IMG/VR virus record: IMGVR_UViG_3300043411_001314
Location: 1 to 64,000 of that record
DNA: 64,000 bases
Origin: a virus
Reading direction: 5' to 3' (one strand)
In this document: positions 19,341-28,536 of the stretch, in pieces
Numbering within the stretch: the stretch's first letter is position 1
Layout: every line of letters begins with the position of its first letter
Translations under genes and position numbers: made by a program
Notes under the pieces: model-generated
What the model saw: the letters and a program-made list of their open reading frames with translations, nothing else
What the model was told of the DNA's origin: nothing
Database searches by the model: none

Positions 19341-20147
19341 GTGAGCTGCAAGCGCCCGAACACACCCAGGTCTGATGCCAAGAGCATCGCCGAGCTCGAG
19401 GAGCCTCTTCGGTCGCGCATCTGGACGGCGGTGCAACATGCCCCCACCAAGGGCCTAGTCCTAGTCTCCGGCTACCGGGATCCTGGCCGCCAGTGGGATC
19501 TTCGCCATGACCGCTGCCCTGGCCGCGAGTGCGATCCGTCATGCAAGGGCTTCCCGGTCACCGCGGTGCCCGCCCAGCTCGCCATCTCCGGCAAGTGGGT
19601 CGGCGGCTCGAAGCACCAGCACCGCAAGGCTGCGGACATGGGTGGAAGAGACCTGGACTGGCTGATCCGCAACCGATTCGCGTACGGCCTCGGTCTGACC
19701 GTGTCGTCCGAGAACTGGCACTTCGAGGCGTCCGGCAGGGACGCCAGGACGGGTCGTCAAATCCCGGCGCCGTCCGTGCCGATAATGGTCTTCGGAGGGC
19801 TGGTTGCAGTGCCACCTCCACCCCAGATCGAAAGGCAGCTGTTCATGGCCCTCAGTGACGCCGAAGAGACAGAGATCCTGGACGGCATCCGAGAGATGCG
19901 GAAGAACCTCCCGCGCAAGGCGTTCGTTCTTCGCGACCCCCGCAACGCCAGCGTGTGGGTGTTCAGTGGCGCCGGCCGTTGGCACGTGCGCAACATGACC
20001 GGCCTGAACCTCCTCATCTGGACTGGGCAGGTCGCCGGCCTCGGCTCCGAGGGGATCCCCGTCGGCACCGCCGCGCAGTTCGATGCCATCCCCGAGATCG
20101 ACGCCCCCTTCGACTGGGACGAGCTTGAGAGCCGTCTGACCACCTGA
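19341..20147 (+). CDS. endolysin, M15-type Zn peptidase plus C-terminal domain
   Basis: SGYR..Q, SKHQHRKAAD, ENWHF; PPPP linker. Confidence 0.85.
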   Translation: MSCKRPNTPRSDAKSIAELEEPLRSRIWTAVQHAPTKGLVLVSGYRDPGRQWDLRHDRCPGRECDPSCKGFPVTAVPAQLAISGKWVGGSKHQHRKAADMGGRDLDWLIRNRFAYGLGLTVSSENWHFEASGRDARTGRQIPAPSVPIMVFGGLVAVPPPPQIERQLFMALSDAEETEILDGIREMRKNLPRKAFVLRDPRNASVWVFSGAGRWHVRNMTGLNLLIWTGQVAGLGSEGIPVGTAAQFDAIPEIDAPFDWDELESRLTT

Positions 20148-20148
20148 C

Positions 20149-20352
20149 ATGGGGCGCAATGAAGATCGACGCGAGTTCACAACGGATACCCGGATGAGCC
20201 TGCTCGAGGGGGACCTCGACCGACAGGACCTTCGGCTTGATCAGTTCGTGGCTGAGCTGAAGGGGCTTCGCCAGGTACTGGTGGGTATCCTCGTCTCCCT
20301 GACCACAGCGAGTATCCTTCTTGCTGTGAACCTTGCGGTGGGCCTCGGATGA
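20149..20352 (+). CDS. lysis-cassette membrane protein
   Basis: coiled coil plus C-terminal TM. Confidence 0.65.
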   Translation: MGRNEDRREFTTDTRMSLLEGDLDRQDLRLDQFVAELKGLRQVLVGILVSLTTASILLAVNLAVGLG

Positions 20353-20750
20353 GTGAAGAACTCCACCACGCTCGGCCGTCGTTGACGACCCGCCGGCTCC
20401 TTTGGACCACGTCCGTCGTCACCTGCGCCGTGCTGATCATCGGCGGCACCACGCTCTACCAGACCATTGGGGCCCGGGCGACGTCCGAACAGATTCGGTC
20501 AGCCAGCTACATCACCGCCTGCCGGTCTGAGCTCCGAGCCGAGGTCGACCTCGCCACCACTGAGGTGCAGGACGTCGTGCTGCGTGGCCTCGTCGAAGTC
20601 GCCGAGGACGACCACGCCGGGCTCCAGGTCGTACTCGAGGACGCAGACAGAGTGCTGGCCGCCGCCCGCCGGACGGCCGCCAAGTACGCCGACGGTGTCG
20701 CCCTGTCCAGGACAGACCCAGAGGCTTTCGTCGCTGCCTGTGAGCGCTAG
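20349..20750 (+). CDS. lysis-cassette membrane protein
   Basis: N-terminal TM, helical ectodomain with paired Cys. Confidence 0.65.
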   Translation: MSEELHHARPSLTTRRLLWTTSVVTCAVLIIGGTTLYQTIGARATSEQIRSASYITACRSELRAEVDLATTEVQDVVLRGLVEVAEDDHAGLQVVLEDADRVLAAARRTAAKYADGVALSRTDPEAFVAACER

Positions 20751-21040
20751 TGCTCAGCCACCTCGACCGGCTGTCTGCTGTTGAGGACCGGCTAGTCGAG
20801 GCCGAGGTCGACCTCGGGGAGCTTGCCACTTCCCATGATGGCGTCTTCGCCGTCACGTCCCACCTGGCAACCGAGGTCAAGCGCCTCGGCCGTCAGATGG
20901 TAGAGCGCGAAGCGGAGATCCTCGCCCTGAATGATCGCATGAGTATCCTGTTGTCATCCCGCGGTGAACTGCTTGGCCGGCTCGACGAGCTGGAGAGGTG
21001 GTACCGCTCCACCAAACCACAAGAAGGAAGAGTCGAATGA
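20750..21040 (+). CDS. coiled-coil hypothetical protein
   Basis: coupled ORF. Confidence 0.55.
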   Translation: MLSHLDRLSAVEDRLVEAEVDLGELATSHDGVFAVTSHLATEVKRLGRQMVEREAEILALNDRMSILLSSRGELLGRLDELERWYRSTKPQEGRVE

Positions 21041-21420
21041 GCTACCAGGGAACGCAGATCGGTCCTGACGGCAAGCGCCGCCCCACTGGAGAGCCGGATC
21101 CGTTCGTGTCCGGCGTCGAGTTGCCGGTGGTCGAGGACGATGTCGTCGACCTCGCCGTCGCCTTCACCCCGCCGGAGTTCCTCGAGCTCCTCGGCCAGGA
21201 GCCGGCGCCCGAGCCCGAGCCGGAGCCGGAGCCGGAGGTCGCGCCGGAGCCGGCGCCCGATCCCGAGCCCGAGGTCGCTGCCGAAGCTGAGCCGGAGCCC
21301 GAGGTCACTGCCGAAGCTGAGCCGGAGCCCGAGGTCGCGCCGGAGCCCGGCGAGGTCTCCGCCCCGGACTACAGCGACTACGACCTCGTCGACGACGATG
21401 ACGACGACGACGAGGTCTGA
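21037..21420 (+). CDS. acidic Pro/Glu-repeat protein
   Basis: [15 protein letters not shown] then EPEPEV repeats and poly-Asp tail. Confidence 0.65.
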   Translation: MSYQGTQIGPDGKRRPTGEPDPFVSGVELPVVEDDVVDLAVAFTPPEFLELLGQEPAPEPEPEPEPEVAPEPAPDPEPEVAAEAEPEPEVTAEAEPEPEVAPEPGEVSAPDYSDYDLVDDDDDDDEV

Positions 21421-22163
21421 TCCCACTGCTCCATGAGCCGGCGGATCTCAACGACTGCCTGCGTGTGGAGCTTGGAGACGGTTCCGGCTGAGATGCCCAT
21501 GAGCTTGCCGATGTCCAACATCCGCATGGCTTTGAAGTAGTAGAGGCCGAACACGATCCGGGCGGGCCCGTCGATCTGGCGCACAGCGTCGGCGACGGCC
21601 GCCCGGAACTCGGCCGTGTCGATCAGGTCGTCCCCCGTCTGCCCGATGGACGACCGATCAGGCTTGGCCTCGGCCAGCAGAGGGAGATCGTGGATGTCGA
21701 CCGAGAAGGACGTCTCGGCTGCCGATCGTCGCAGGCGGTCAGCCTCCTCCACACTCACCTGCAGGTGGCCGGCCACCTCCATCAGGGTTGGCGTCCGGCC
21801 GAGCTTGTGGGTCAACCACTCCTCGGCGTGCTGGAGACGCCTGGCCTCATCGAAGACGGAGCGCGGGAGCGTCCCCTGCTGCCGGCCAGCGTCGTGGATC
21901 GCTCCCTTGATCCGACGCTGGGCGTAGGTCTCGAACTTGGCGCCCATGGCCGGGTCATACCGCTCGATGGCGTCGATGAGGCCGAACTGGCCGCTGGCCT
22001 TGGCGTCGTCGAGTCGGTCCCAGTCCCGGCTGTAGCTGGACTGGATGTGCCCCTTCGCCACCGTCTCAACCAGCGGCTGGTAGTGCACAACGAGGGCGTC
22101 TCGCTCGGCTCGCCCCCTGTTGGCGTGCCAGGCTTCCCACAGCTCCTCGATGGTCCGCTTCAC
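21378..22163 (-). CDS. RNA polymerase sigma factor, FliA/WhiG (sigma28) family
   Basis: ELW...[12 protein letters not shown]; [31 protein letters not shown] (region 2); [11 protein letters not shown] (region 3); [26 protein letters not shown] (region 4 HTH). Confidence 0.93.
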   Translation of the reverse strand: MKRTIEELWEAWHANRGRAERDALVVHYQPLVETVAKGHIQSSYSRDWDRLDDAKASGQFGLIDAIERYDPAMGAKFETYAQRRIKGAIHDAGRQQGTLPRSVFDEARRLQHAEEWLTHKLGRTPTLMEVAGHLQVSVEEADRLRRSAAETSFSVDIHDLPLLAEAKPDRSSIGQTGDDLIDTAEFRAAVADAVRQIDGPARIVFGLYYFKAMRMLDIGKLMGISAGTVSKLHTQAVVEIRRLMEQWDQTSSSSSSSSTRS

Positions 22164-22351
22164 CGTCGCTCCAGGAGCTCGGCGAGGCTGGCGGCCTCGA
22201 TGCGTTGGTCGGCGCCGATCTCCTGGCAGGAGGCGTAGTGCCGTAGTGCCTGCACCACCATGGCGCGGCCGTTGCTGTCGAGTCGCCCCCGAGGCTTGCG
22301 CGGCCGGCCCTCCCGGTTGCTGATGTGCTCCATCAGGTTGATGACGTCCAC
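22160..22351 (-). CDS. small hypothetical protein between terminase and sigma factor
   Basis: GGAAGGA RBS, GTGA overlap with sigma start. Confidence 0.6.
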   Translation of the reverse strand: MDVINLMEHISNREGRPRKPRGRLDSNGRAMVVQALRHYASCQEIGADQRIEAASLAELLERR

Positions 22352-22365
22352 TTCGTTCCTTCCCC

Positions 22366-25320
22366 CTAGAGACCGAACCGGGCGATGACGGGCCCGGACG
22401 GCTTGCGTGCTTCAGCGAACATCGCCTCGATGGGCTGTTGGGCCCACCCGAGGGCGAACATGCGGCAACCATCCAAGATGTGGAAGGTGCCGATCGACCA
22501 GACGGATCGCCGGCGGCCGTACTTGTCGACGGGCTCCCTCGAGGAGGTCCACGTCTGGCCGTTCATCTGGTCGATCACCTCGTGGTCGTACGGGATCTTC
22601 AGCCGGCGCGTGTCCACCAAGTCGCGCAGCACGTCGGTGCTTGCGTCCTTGGCATGCTGGCGGATCGAGGCTTTCTCCAGGATGTCGCCGGGGTCGGACA
22701 GGTGGAGGTCGTCCACCATCTTCTCGTCGATCCCGATCACGACCTTCTCGGAGAAGTTGTAGCCCTTGATGACCGTGAGGGCGTCGCCGGCGGCGGAGGC
22801 CGCTGCAGCGTTGCGGGGATCGTCGGCCTCTTCGGCGATCACGAACCGGGCCGAGCCGGCCAGCTGCTGGATGTTCTGGAGGAGGCCGTGGCCAACGCCG
22901 GTGCGGTCCAGGGTGAAGGCCCGTGGCTTGTAGATGTTGATCAGGTGCATCACCACCCTCGCCTGGAGTGGGAGCGGGATCTGCTCGAGTCGGATCCTGG
23001 AGACGAGCTTGAACCGAGTCATCCCAGCGTCCGGGACAGCAATGTTGGCTCGGCGGTCGCGTTGTCGCTCCGCCTTGTCGGGGACGTACTCAGCCCACAC
23101 CACGATCTCAGTGGGGTCGGACACGACGCCGATGTCGGCACCCATCCAGAACACCGAGTGCATGGAGGTGTGCATCGTCGGTGGCTGGATCATCTGGGCC
23201 AGGACGTCGGCCATCTCCTCGGTCGACGCGTCGAGCTCCGAAACACCCTTGTCGGCGAGCCGGCCGATCACGTGGTCCGCCGAGATGTGGGTCTTGTAGT
23301 ACTCGTTGGTGTTGTAGTCCGAAGCCTCCATGACGTCACAGCCGGCCATGAGTCGGGTGAGTACGAAGATCCGGTTGGAGCTCGCCCCGGGCATGCCGTA
23401 GACGTTGCGGAGGAAGTCTGGGGAGCGGTCCGATCCGCCGTACTGCTTCACCTTGTCCGCCCTCTCTTCCTTCGACCAGCCCTCACGGTGGAGGCCGGTG
23501 ATGTTGAACACCTTGAAGCCTGAGTCGGGCCTCGAGTACTTGTCGAACGAGTCGCCCTGGATCCCCTTCGACACGCCGTGGATCTTCCACTTGTTGCCGG
23601 GGACGTCGTTGCGCACGATCTCGGGCATCTCCCGCCACGCCTGCTCGGACATGTCCTGAGCCTCATCGACGTGCAGGATGACGGGGTGGGTGCCCTTCAG
23701 GCCGATGCCTGACCGCTGGGGGAGGCGGGCGTACACCCGGGCCCCGTTCTGGAAGGTGGCCACGAACGGCTTGTGCTTGATGCCCGACCGGTTCCTCACC
23801 AGCATCTCCCGCAGGAGCCTGGTGCTGTTGATCCGGGCCTCAATGCGGTCCGTGAGGGACTCGACGTGCTGGCCCTCGGGGGCGGTGATCAGGAACTCTT
23901 GATCCGGGAAGTTGAAGGGGAACTGGCAGGCGTCGGCCATCACGGATTCCGATTTGCCGACCGACCTGGCGGAGGCGTCCATGGTGCGGGACTCCCGCTC
24001 GCGCCACCACGCCCATTGGGATGGCTGGGCCCGGTAGCAGTTGTCGCTCTTGTTGGGGTCCTTCCAGCAGTTGTGAACCGTGATGCCCTCAACGACGAAG
24101 CTGTGGTCTTCTTCGACGGATATATCCCACACATACTGCGCCCCGAAATCGGCAATCTCCTTGACCGCCGTCCACGCATGCCCCTCACCAGTGAACGTCT
24201 TCCCTAGACCTGTCTCGGATGTGACCTTCCAGTACGGGAGGCCCGGTGTGCCGAAGGATGAGGTGTACTCGCCGTAGTGGGTCATGCTGGCCGAGCGGCC
24301 CAGCGATGTGGCGAGGGAGCGCACCCCGAATGCAAGCTGACGGGACGTCGAGCTGTAGCAGCTGCCGCCAGTCGGAGTCGGGGTGCCGTCTCCGGCTGAT
24401 AGTCCATCGAAAAGAGCCTCGCGGCCCTCCGTTGGCAGTCCGAGAACCCAAGCTGGCAGCCGCTTATTACTAGACCTTCTCCCACCCTCGGCGGCGAGCC
24501 ACGAGGCCAGCTGCTGGGAATACACGGCAACGCGGTCGATGTTGTCGGAGCAGTTGTTCCCGTTGGTCACGCTATGGCGAAGGTTGAGGTTGTCGAGTCG
24601 ATCGGTCACTTCGTGGAGCACCCTCGGGTTGACGCTCCATGTAATCGAATAGCCAGCCCGATTGTCGCTGACGTTCCCCTCGGATAGCCAATGCCCAAAC
24701 AGCCAAAGCCAGTCAGGCTCCCATGGCCCGAAGGCGACCCGTAGCTTACCCACCTCAGGGAAAGGGGTAATCGGGAGGGGCTCGGCCTTCGACGGGCTAC
24801 CCCACCACCAGGATCTGTATTTGCCACCCCTGTAAGTCAAGTCCTTGAAGTCTTGGGGGGCGCGCCACTCCGCCGGCTCCAGTACCGAGTTGCGGTGTCC
24901 GTCGCCCCGTTCCGTGCCGCGTCGCGCCCGCCTCACCAACAGCTGGTGGTCCGGGGTTACCACGAGACCAGGATGCCCCTGCCCCCTTACGGTGACGACT
25001 TCCCTAACGCCGCGGTCGTAGACGGCCGACACCGGACGCCACCGGTTTTTGTGAGTGAGAACCAGCTGCCCGACGCGTACGTCTTGTATCGGGATCCACC
25101 CATCTCCAGTAATGACCAGCTGTCCCCCGCCGATGCAAAACTCAGCCTGGTCCAGCCCTGAGTGGTCCTGGAGGAGGACGGCGAGGTACTTCTCTTCCTC
25201 GGTGAGCGGCTCGACGGCGCGCGGGAGCTCGACGTCGAGCGGCTCGGGGTCGACGAGACCTTCCCACTCATCGGGCCGGTCGGTCTTCCTCCGGGTCGAC
25301 AGGTCGAGGGCGACGCTCAC
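22366..25320 (-). CDS. terL: terminase large subunit containing an intein
   Basis: Walker A SARSVGKS, Walker B ILHVDEAQ, nuclease MGADIG, LDRTGVG, HILDGCR. Confidence 0.88.
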   Translation of the reverse strand: MSVALDLSTRRKTDRPDEWEGLVDPEPLDVELPRAVEPLTEEEKYLAVLLQDHSGLDQAEFCIGGGQLVITGDGWIPIQDVRVGQLVLTHKNRWRPVSAVYDRGVREVVTVRGQGHPGLVVTPDHQLLVRRARRGTERGDGHRNSVLEPAEWRAPQDFKDLTYRGGKYRSWWWGSPSKAEPLPITPFPEVGKLRVAFGPWEPDWLWLFGHWLSEGNVSDNRAGYSITWSVNPRVLHEVTDRLDNLNLRHSVTNGNNCSDNIDRVAVYSQQLASWLAAEGGRRSSNKRLPAWVLGLPTEGREALFDGLSAGDGTPTPTGGSCYSSTSRQLAFGVRSLATSLGRSASMTHYGEYTSSFGTPGLPYWKVTSETGLGKTFTGEGHAWTAVKEIADFGAQYVWDISVEEDHSFVVEGITVHNCWKDPNKSDNCYRAQPSQWAWWRERESRTMDASARSVGKSESVMADACQFPFNFPDQEFLITAPEGQHVESLTDRIEARINSTRLLREMLVRNRSGIKHKPFVATFQNGARVYARLPQRSGIGLKGTHPVILHVDEAQDMSEQAWREMPEIVRNDVPGNKWKIHGVSKGIQGDSFDKYSRPDSGFKVFNITGLHREGWSKEERADKVKQYGGSDRSPDFLRNVYGMPGASSNRIFVLTRLMAGCDVMEASDYNTNEYYKTHISADHVIGRLADKGVSELDASTEEMADVLAQMIQPPTMHTSMHSVFWMGADIGVVSDPTEIVVWAEYVPDKAERQRDRRANIAVPDAGMTRFKLVSRIRLEQIPLPLQARVVMHLINIYKPRAFTLDRTGVGHGLLQNIQQLAGSARFVIAEEADDPRNAAAASAAGDALTVIKGYNFSEKVVIGIDEKMVDDLHLSDPGDILEKASIRQHAKDASTDVLRDLVDTRRLKIPYDHEVIDQMNGQTWTSSREPVDKYGRRRSVWSIGTFHILDGCRMFALGWAQQPIEAMFAEARKPSGPVIARFGL
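24070..25137 (-). mobile_element. intein (356 aa) with LAGLIDADG homing endonuclease
   Basis: starts CIGGGQLV..DG.IPIQDV, block B TPDH, LFGHWLSEG and LFDGLSAGDG, ends VWDISVEEDHSFVVEGITVHN followed by Cys. Confidence 0.93.
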
Positions 25321-25730
25321 TTGGCGCTGGACGCCTGACACGGCTGGCTGTAGTCGGGGTGGCAGAACCTGCGGTCACCGACGACGAGGTACCCGGGAGC
25401 GCCCTGGCCGCAGTTGTCGCATCGTGGGCCACCCTTACCATCACTGAAGAGCCACGGCTCCACCGCTTCGTAGGTTGCCCCAAATATATCACCCCTACAC
25501 GGGTAGAACTCGCCCTGCACGCCACGGATCAGGTAGTCGCCCATGCCGGCGCGCATGTCGCCTTCGAGGGTGGGGATCACCAGGGCCTTGAGGCCGTTGA
25601 CGTCGTCCAGTAGGAGTGAGTGGTCCTGGCCCACCGCGTCCATCCACACGGACGCCTTGAGCATCTGCACCTGGTCCACGAGGTGGTGCGCTTCGATGTC
25701 GACGGGCAGCTTTCGGTAGATGCTCGGCAT
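25317..25730 (-). CDS. conserved phage protein (YRK.PV / TLEG / GDY..G..GEFYPC family) with C-terminal Cys knuckle
   Basis: YRKLPVDIEA...IPTLEGDMRAGMGDYLIRGVQGEFYPCRGDIFGATYE. Confidence 0.8.
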   Translation of the reverse strand: MPSIYRKLPVDIEAHHLVDQVQMLKASVWMDAVGQDHSLLLDDVNGLKALVIPTLEGDMRAGMGDYLIRGVQGEFYPCRGDIFGATYEAVEPWLFSDGKGGPRCDNCGQGAPGYLVVGDRRFCHPDYSQPCQASSAK

Positions 25731-26281
25731 CAGCCCATCACCGCCCGGTAGATAGCGAGCGCCCACTTGGCGTCGCCCATGGCGGTGTGGCGGCCGGCCT
25801 CGTCGGGCTCGACGCCGAGGGCCCACGACAGAGAGTCGGACTTCCAGGGGAGGCGTGTGGCCGCATCAGGCGGATCCTCGCGAGCGTTGAGGTAGCCGAT
25901 CGCCAGGGCCTCGACGTCGATCAGGTGGTAGTGCCAGGTGTGATCGACGCCGTGCTGGGCCAGGAGCCTGCGGAGCCGCTCTTCGTCGAACGACACGACG
26001 GCGCCGGCGAGGTGGTAGCCGCTGGCGAGGGCGGCGAACTCCACGGCGAACTCGAAGGGGTCGGTGTGCATGATCGAGTCGGCCCGGCGCTTCTCGAACT
26101 GGCAGATGTCCAGCGCCACTGGGTCCGCCTGGGCCATCTGCTCCGAGGTGAGCCCGAGCTGCCAGACCTGGGTGTCTTCGACCTTGTCGGTCTCCGGGTT
26201 GTAGAGGATGGCCGCTACCTCCCAGATTGCATGGAGGTCGGGATCGAGCCCGAGGGTCTCGGTGTCTACGAACAGAATCAC
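25730..26281 (-). CDS. DEDDh 3'-5' exonuclease (DnaQ-like)
   Basis: FVDTETLGL, SFD, HTAMGDA. Confidence 0.88.
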   Translation of the reverse strand: MILFVDTETLGLDPDLHAIWEVAAILYNPETDKVEDTQVWQLGLTSEQMAQADPVALDICQFEKRRADSIMHTDPFEFAVEFAALASGYHLAGAVVSFDEERLRRLLAQHGVDHTWHYHLIDVEALAIGYLNAREDPPDAATRLPWKSDSLSWALGVEPDEAGRHTAMGDAKWALAIYRAVMG

Positions 26282-26490
26282 TTGATGTTGCCCTTCTTCT
26301 TGGATTGACGTGCTGCTGCCCTACGGAGGGCCCGGTTCCCTGGCTTCTGTTGTCCAGTGTCGAAGTGCCAATGGTTACTACTCGACAGGATCGGCGTCAC
26401 CCGGAAGCTCCCCTCGCTCTTGCCGTTGGTTCGAGCGTTCAGGTCTACGGCCGTCACATCCGGTCGTTGCGCTTCGACAGAGTCGACCAT
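26278..26490 (-). CDS. small basic hypothetical protein
   Basis: GGAG RBS; NRALRR motif. Confidence 0.45.
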   Translation of the reverse strand: MVDSVEAQRPDVTAVDLNARTNGKSEGSFRVTPILSSSNHWHFDTGQQKPGNRALRRAAARQSKKKGNIK

Positions 26491-26930
26491 TCCTCATCTC
26501 CTTCCCTGACTACGAACATCGCCCCGAACATCACACGGACGAGCTCTGGTTGATCTTCGATGAACCCGTTCGATCGGTTGCAGCACGGGATCAGGTTGTC
26601 GGGGTTGACCCTCGACCCACCCGACCCCGACTTGCGCCGCTCATGGATCCCCTGCACCCCCGGACATCTCCCGCCGATCGACAGGCCAAGACGCTCGAGC
26701 TCCGGGCAGATCCGACACCCGCCTGGCGCTGCCGCCTGGACGGCTGGGATCCGCTCGTTCTTCATGTGTTCGGCCCGCTTCTCGGACCGCTGTTTCATGG
26801 CCGGCTGCTGCTCAAGCCATTCGGCGAGCCGGGCCACATCATCCTCCAACCCGAGCTCGGGGTGCTCCTCGAGTACTGAGTGAATCCGGCGGAGGGTGGG
26901 GCGGGCCCACTGGGGGGCCTTGTGTGTCAC
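26454..26930 (-). CDS. HNH-like endonuclease
   Basis: CRIC..C...IHERRKSGSGGS..NPDNLIPCCNRSN. Confidence 0.7.
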   Translation of the reverse strand: MTHKAPQWARPTLRRIHSVLEEHPELGLEDDVARLAEWLEQQPAMKQRSEKRAEHMKNERIPAVQAAAPGGCRICPELERLGLSIGGRCPGVQGIHERRKSGSGGSRVNPDNLIPCCNRSNGFIEDQPELVRVMFGAMFVVREGDEEWSTLSKRNDRM

Positions 26931-27130
26931 GTCCCGTCCTTCGACCGCGGCAGCATGCCCTCGCTCCACAGCATGAGCCCGAAGGCGAAGTAGATGAGGT
27001 TGGGCCCACTCATCCCGGCTTCCTCGGAGGAGAGTGAGGAGAGCATGAGGGAGATGCCGATGATCCGGAGGGTGACCGAGGAGATCGCTGGATCGAGCCG
27101 TGTCTTACTCAGGAACCTCAAGACCCTCAT
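26927..27130 (-). CDS. small membrane protein
   Basis: two hydrophobic segments, coupled on both sides. Confidence 0.5.
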   Translation of the reverse strand: MRVLRFLSKTRLDPAISSVTLRIIGISLMLSSLSSEEAGMSGPNLIYFAFGLMLWSEGMLPRSKDGT

Positions 27131-27642
27131 CGCAGCATCCGCTTCGTCAGGTGGATCGTGTGCTCCGGCTGCTCGGCCAGGTAGTCGGAGATCGCCGCCG
27201 TGATCATCTGGACCCGCCACTCGGCGAAGTACCAGGGGTTGCGGCCGTAGGCTTCGGCGATCGCCTTCATCTCCGGCACCGTCGGGGAACAAGCGCCGGT
27301 GAGGAGGCGGTGGGCCTGGGACCGCGAGATCCCGGTCTTGGCGGAGATCCCCCTCAGCGACCGGCCGGCCGTGATGTGGCGCATCGCCAGTGCGAAGGGC
27401 TGGGTGGTGAAGCCACCGTTGCGCAGGTCCTGCAGCCGAGCCAGGGCCACCCGCTCCGAGGGGATCGTCCTGACGCCGCGACCATGCGTGGAGTCCTCGA
27501 CCTTGATGATGTCGGCGATGATCGCCCCCAGGACGTCCTCGTCCATGTGGCTTGCGATCGTCGACGCCCATTCCGGGTCACTCAGCGAGGGGCGGTCCCG
27601 CTTCATGGTGTCGACGATGTTGTCCCAGTCCGGAGAGGCCAT
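27127..27642 (-). CDS. XRE-type helix-turn-helix protein
   Basis: RSLRGISAKTGISRSQAHRLLTG..PTVPEMKAIAEAYG. Confidence 0.8.
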   Translation of the reverse strand: MASPDWDNIVDTMKRDRPSLSDPEWASTIASHMDEDVLGAIIADIIKVEDSTHGRGVRTIPSERVALARLQDLRNGGFTTQPFALAMRHITAGRSLRGISAKTGISRSQAHRLLTGACSPTVPEMKAIAEAYGRNPWYFAEWRVQMITAAISDYLAEQPEHTIHLTKRMLR

Positions 27643-27643
27643 G

Positions 27644-27826
27644 TCAGGGGGTGATGATCGCGATGCCGTAGGTGACGGGCCCGTCGAGGCGCCCGCCTTC
27701 CGCCTGCAGGGCATCGAGCGTGTCGGCGATCCCCCGCAGCTTCCCTACGAGCTCGTCGATGCTCTCTGAGCCGTCGAGGTCGTGGGCGAAGTTCCAGGTG
27801 GTGAGGGCTAGTGCTGTGCGCTGCAT
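27644..27826 (-). CDS. hypothetical protein
   Basis: GGAG RBS. Confidence 0.55.
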   Translation of the reverse strand: MQRTALALTTWNFAHDLDGSESIDELVGKLRGIADTLDALQAEGGRLDGPVTYGIAIITP

Positions 27827-27837
27827 GTTGTCTCCGA

Positions 27838-28503
27838 TCAGAGGTCCTGGACCCAGTACTGCTGGCTGTGGGTCCTGAAGTAGGCGTCGATCTCTTTGTA
27901 CTCAGGGCTGGCCACCTCGAGGATCCAGGTGATGATGTCCTCGGCGGTGTGGTGGATGAGCCGGCGCTCGTCTTCATCGACGGCGTTGGCGTAGACGGCG
28001 GCGATCGACATCAGCTGGTTCCAGAGCTCGAGGGCCCGATCCAGTTGGTGCTCGCGGTGGATCCCGAACAGACGGGCCTTCTCGCGTAGGAGTGCGATGT
28101 AGCTGGGCACCGAGCCCTCACCGCGGGTCTTCTCGCGGGTGACTGCGTCGATCCCCAGACCCTTCTTGGTCTGGCGGATCTCACCGGAGTACTCCTTGAT
28201 CCGCTTCTGCAGGTCCACGCCATCGACGGGCTTGTTGTTGTAGTCCATGCCGCGGGAGATGAACCTGTTCCACCGATAGGTCTGCACCTCCATGGCAACA
28301 ACTCGGTCAAGTTCCTGTATGTCGGAAATGTTGGAGAACTCAAAGGCTTTCGTGTACTGCTTCGAGAGGTGGTCGATGTGGTCGGCCTCCTCGTCGCCCA
28401 TCACCTCGAACGGGGCTCCACTTGGCAGCTGGACGTAGACCAGGTCGACCACTTGTCGGGGCACCCTTTCGAGCTTGGATCGGAGTTGGCGATACCGTAT
28501 CAC
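27838..28503 (-). CDS. helical phage protein, candidate terminase small subunit
   Basis: 221 aa all-helical, same strand and upstream of terL; weak sigma28-type motif upstream. Confidence 0.45.
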   Translation of the reverse strand: MIRYRQLRSKLERVPRQVVDLVYVQLPSGAPFEVMGDEEADHIDHLSKQYTKAFEFSNISDIQELDRVVAMEVQTYRWNRFISRGMDYNNKPVDGVDLQKRIKEYSGEIRQTKKGLGIDAVTREKTRGEGSVPSYIALLREKARLFGIHREHQLDRALELWNQLMSIAAVYANAVDEDERRLIHHTAEDIITWILEVASPEYKEIDAYFRTHSQQYWVQDL

Positions 28504-28536
28504 ACATCCCGAACTCTGGGACAGGAATCTGGGTGA

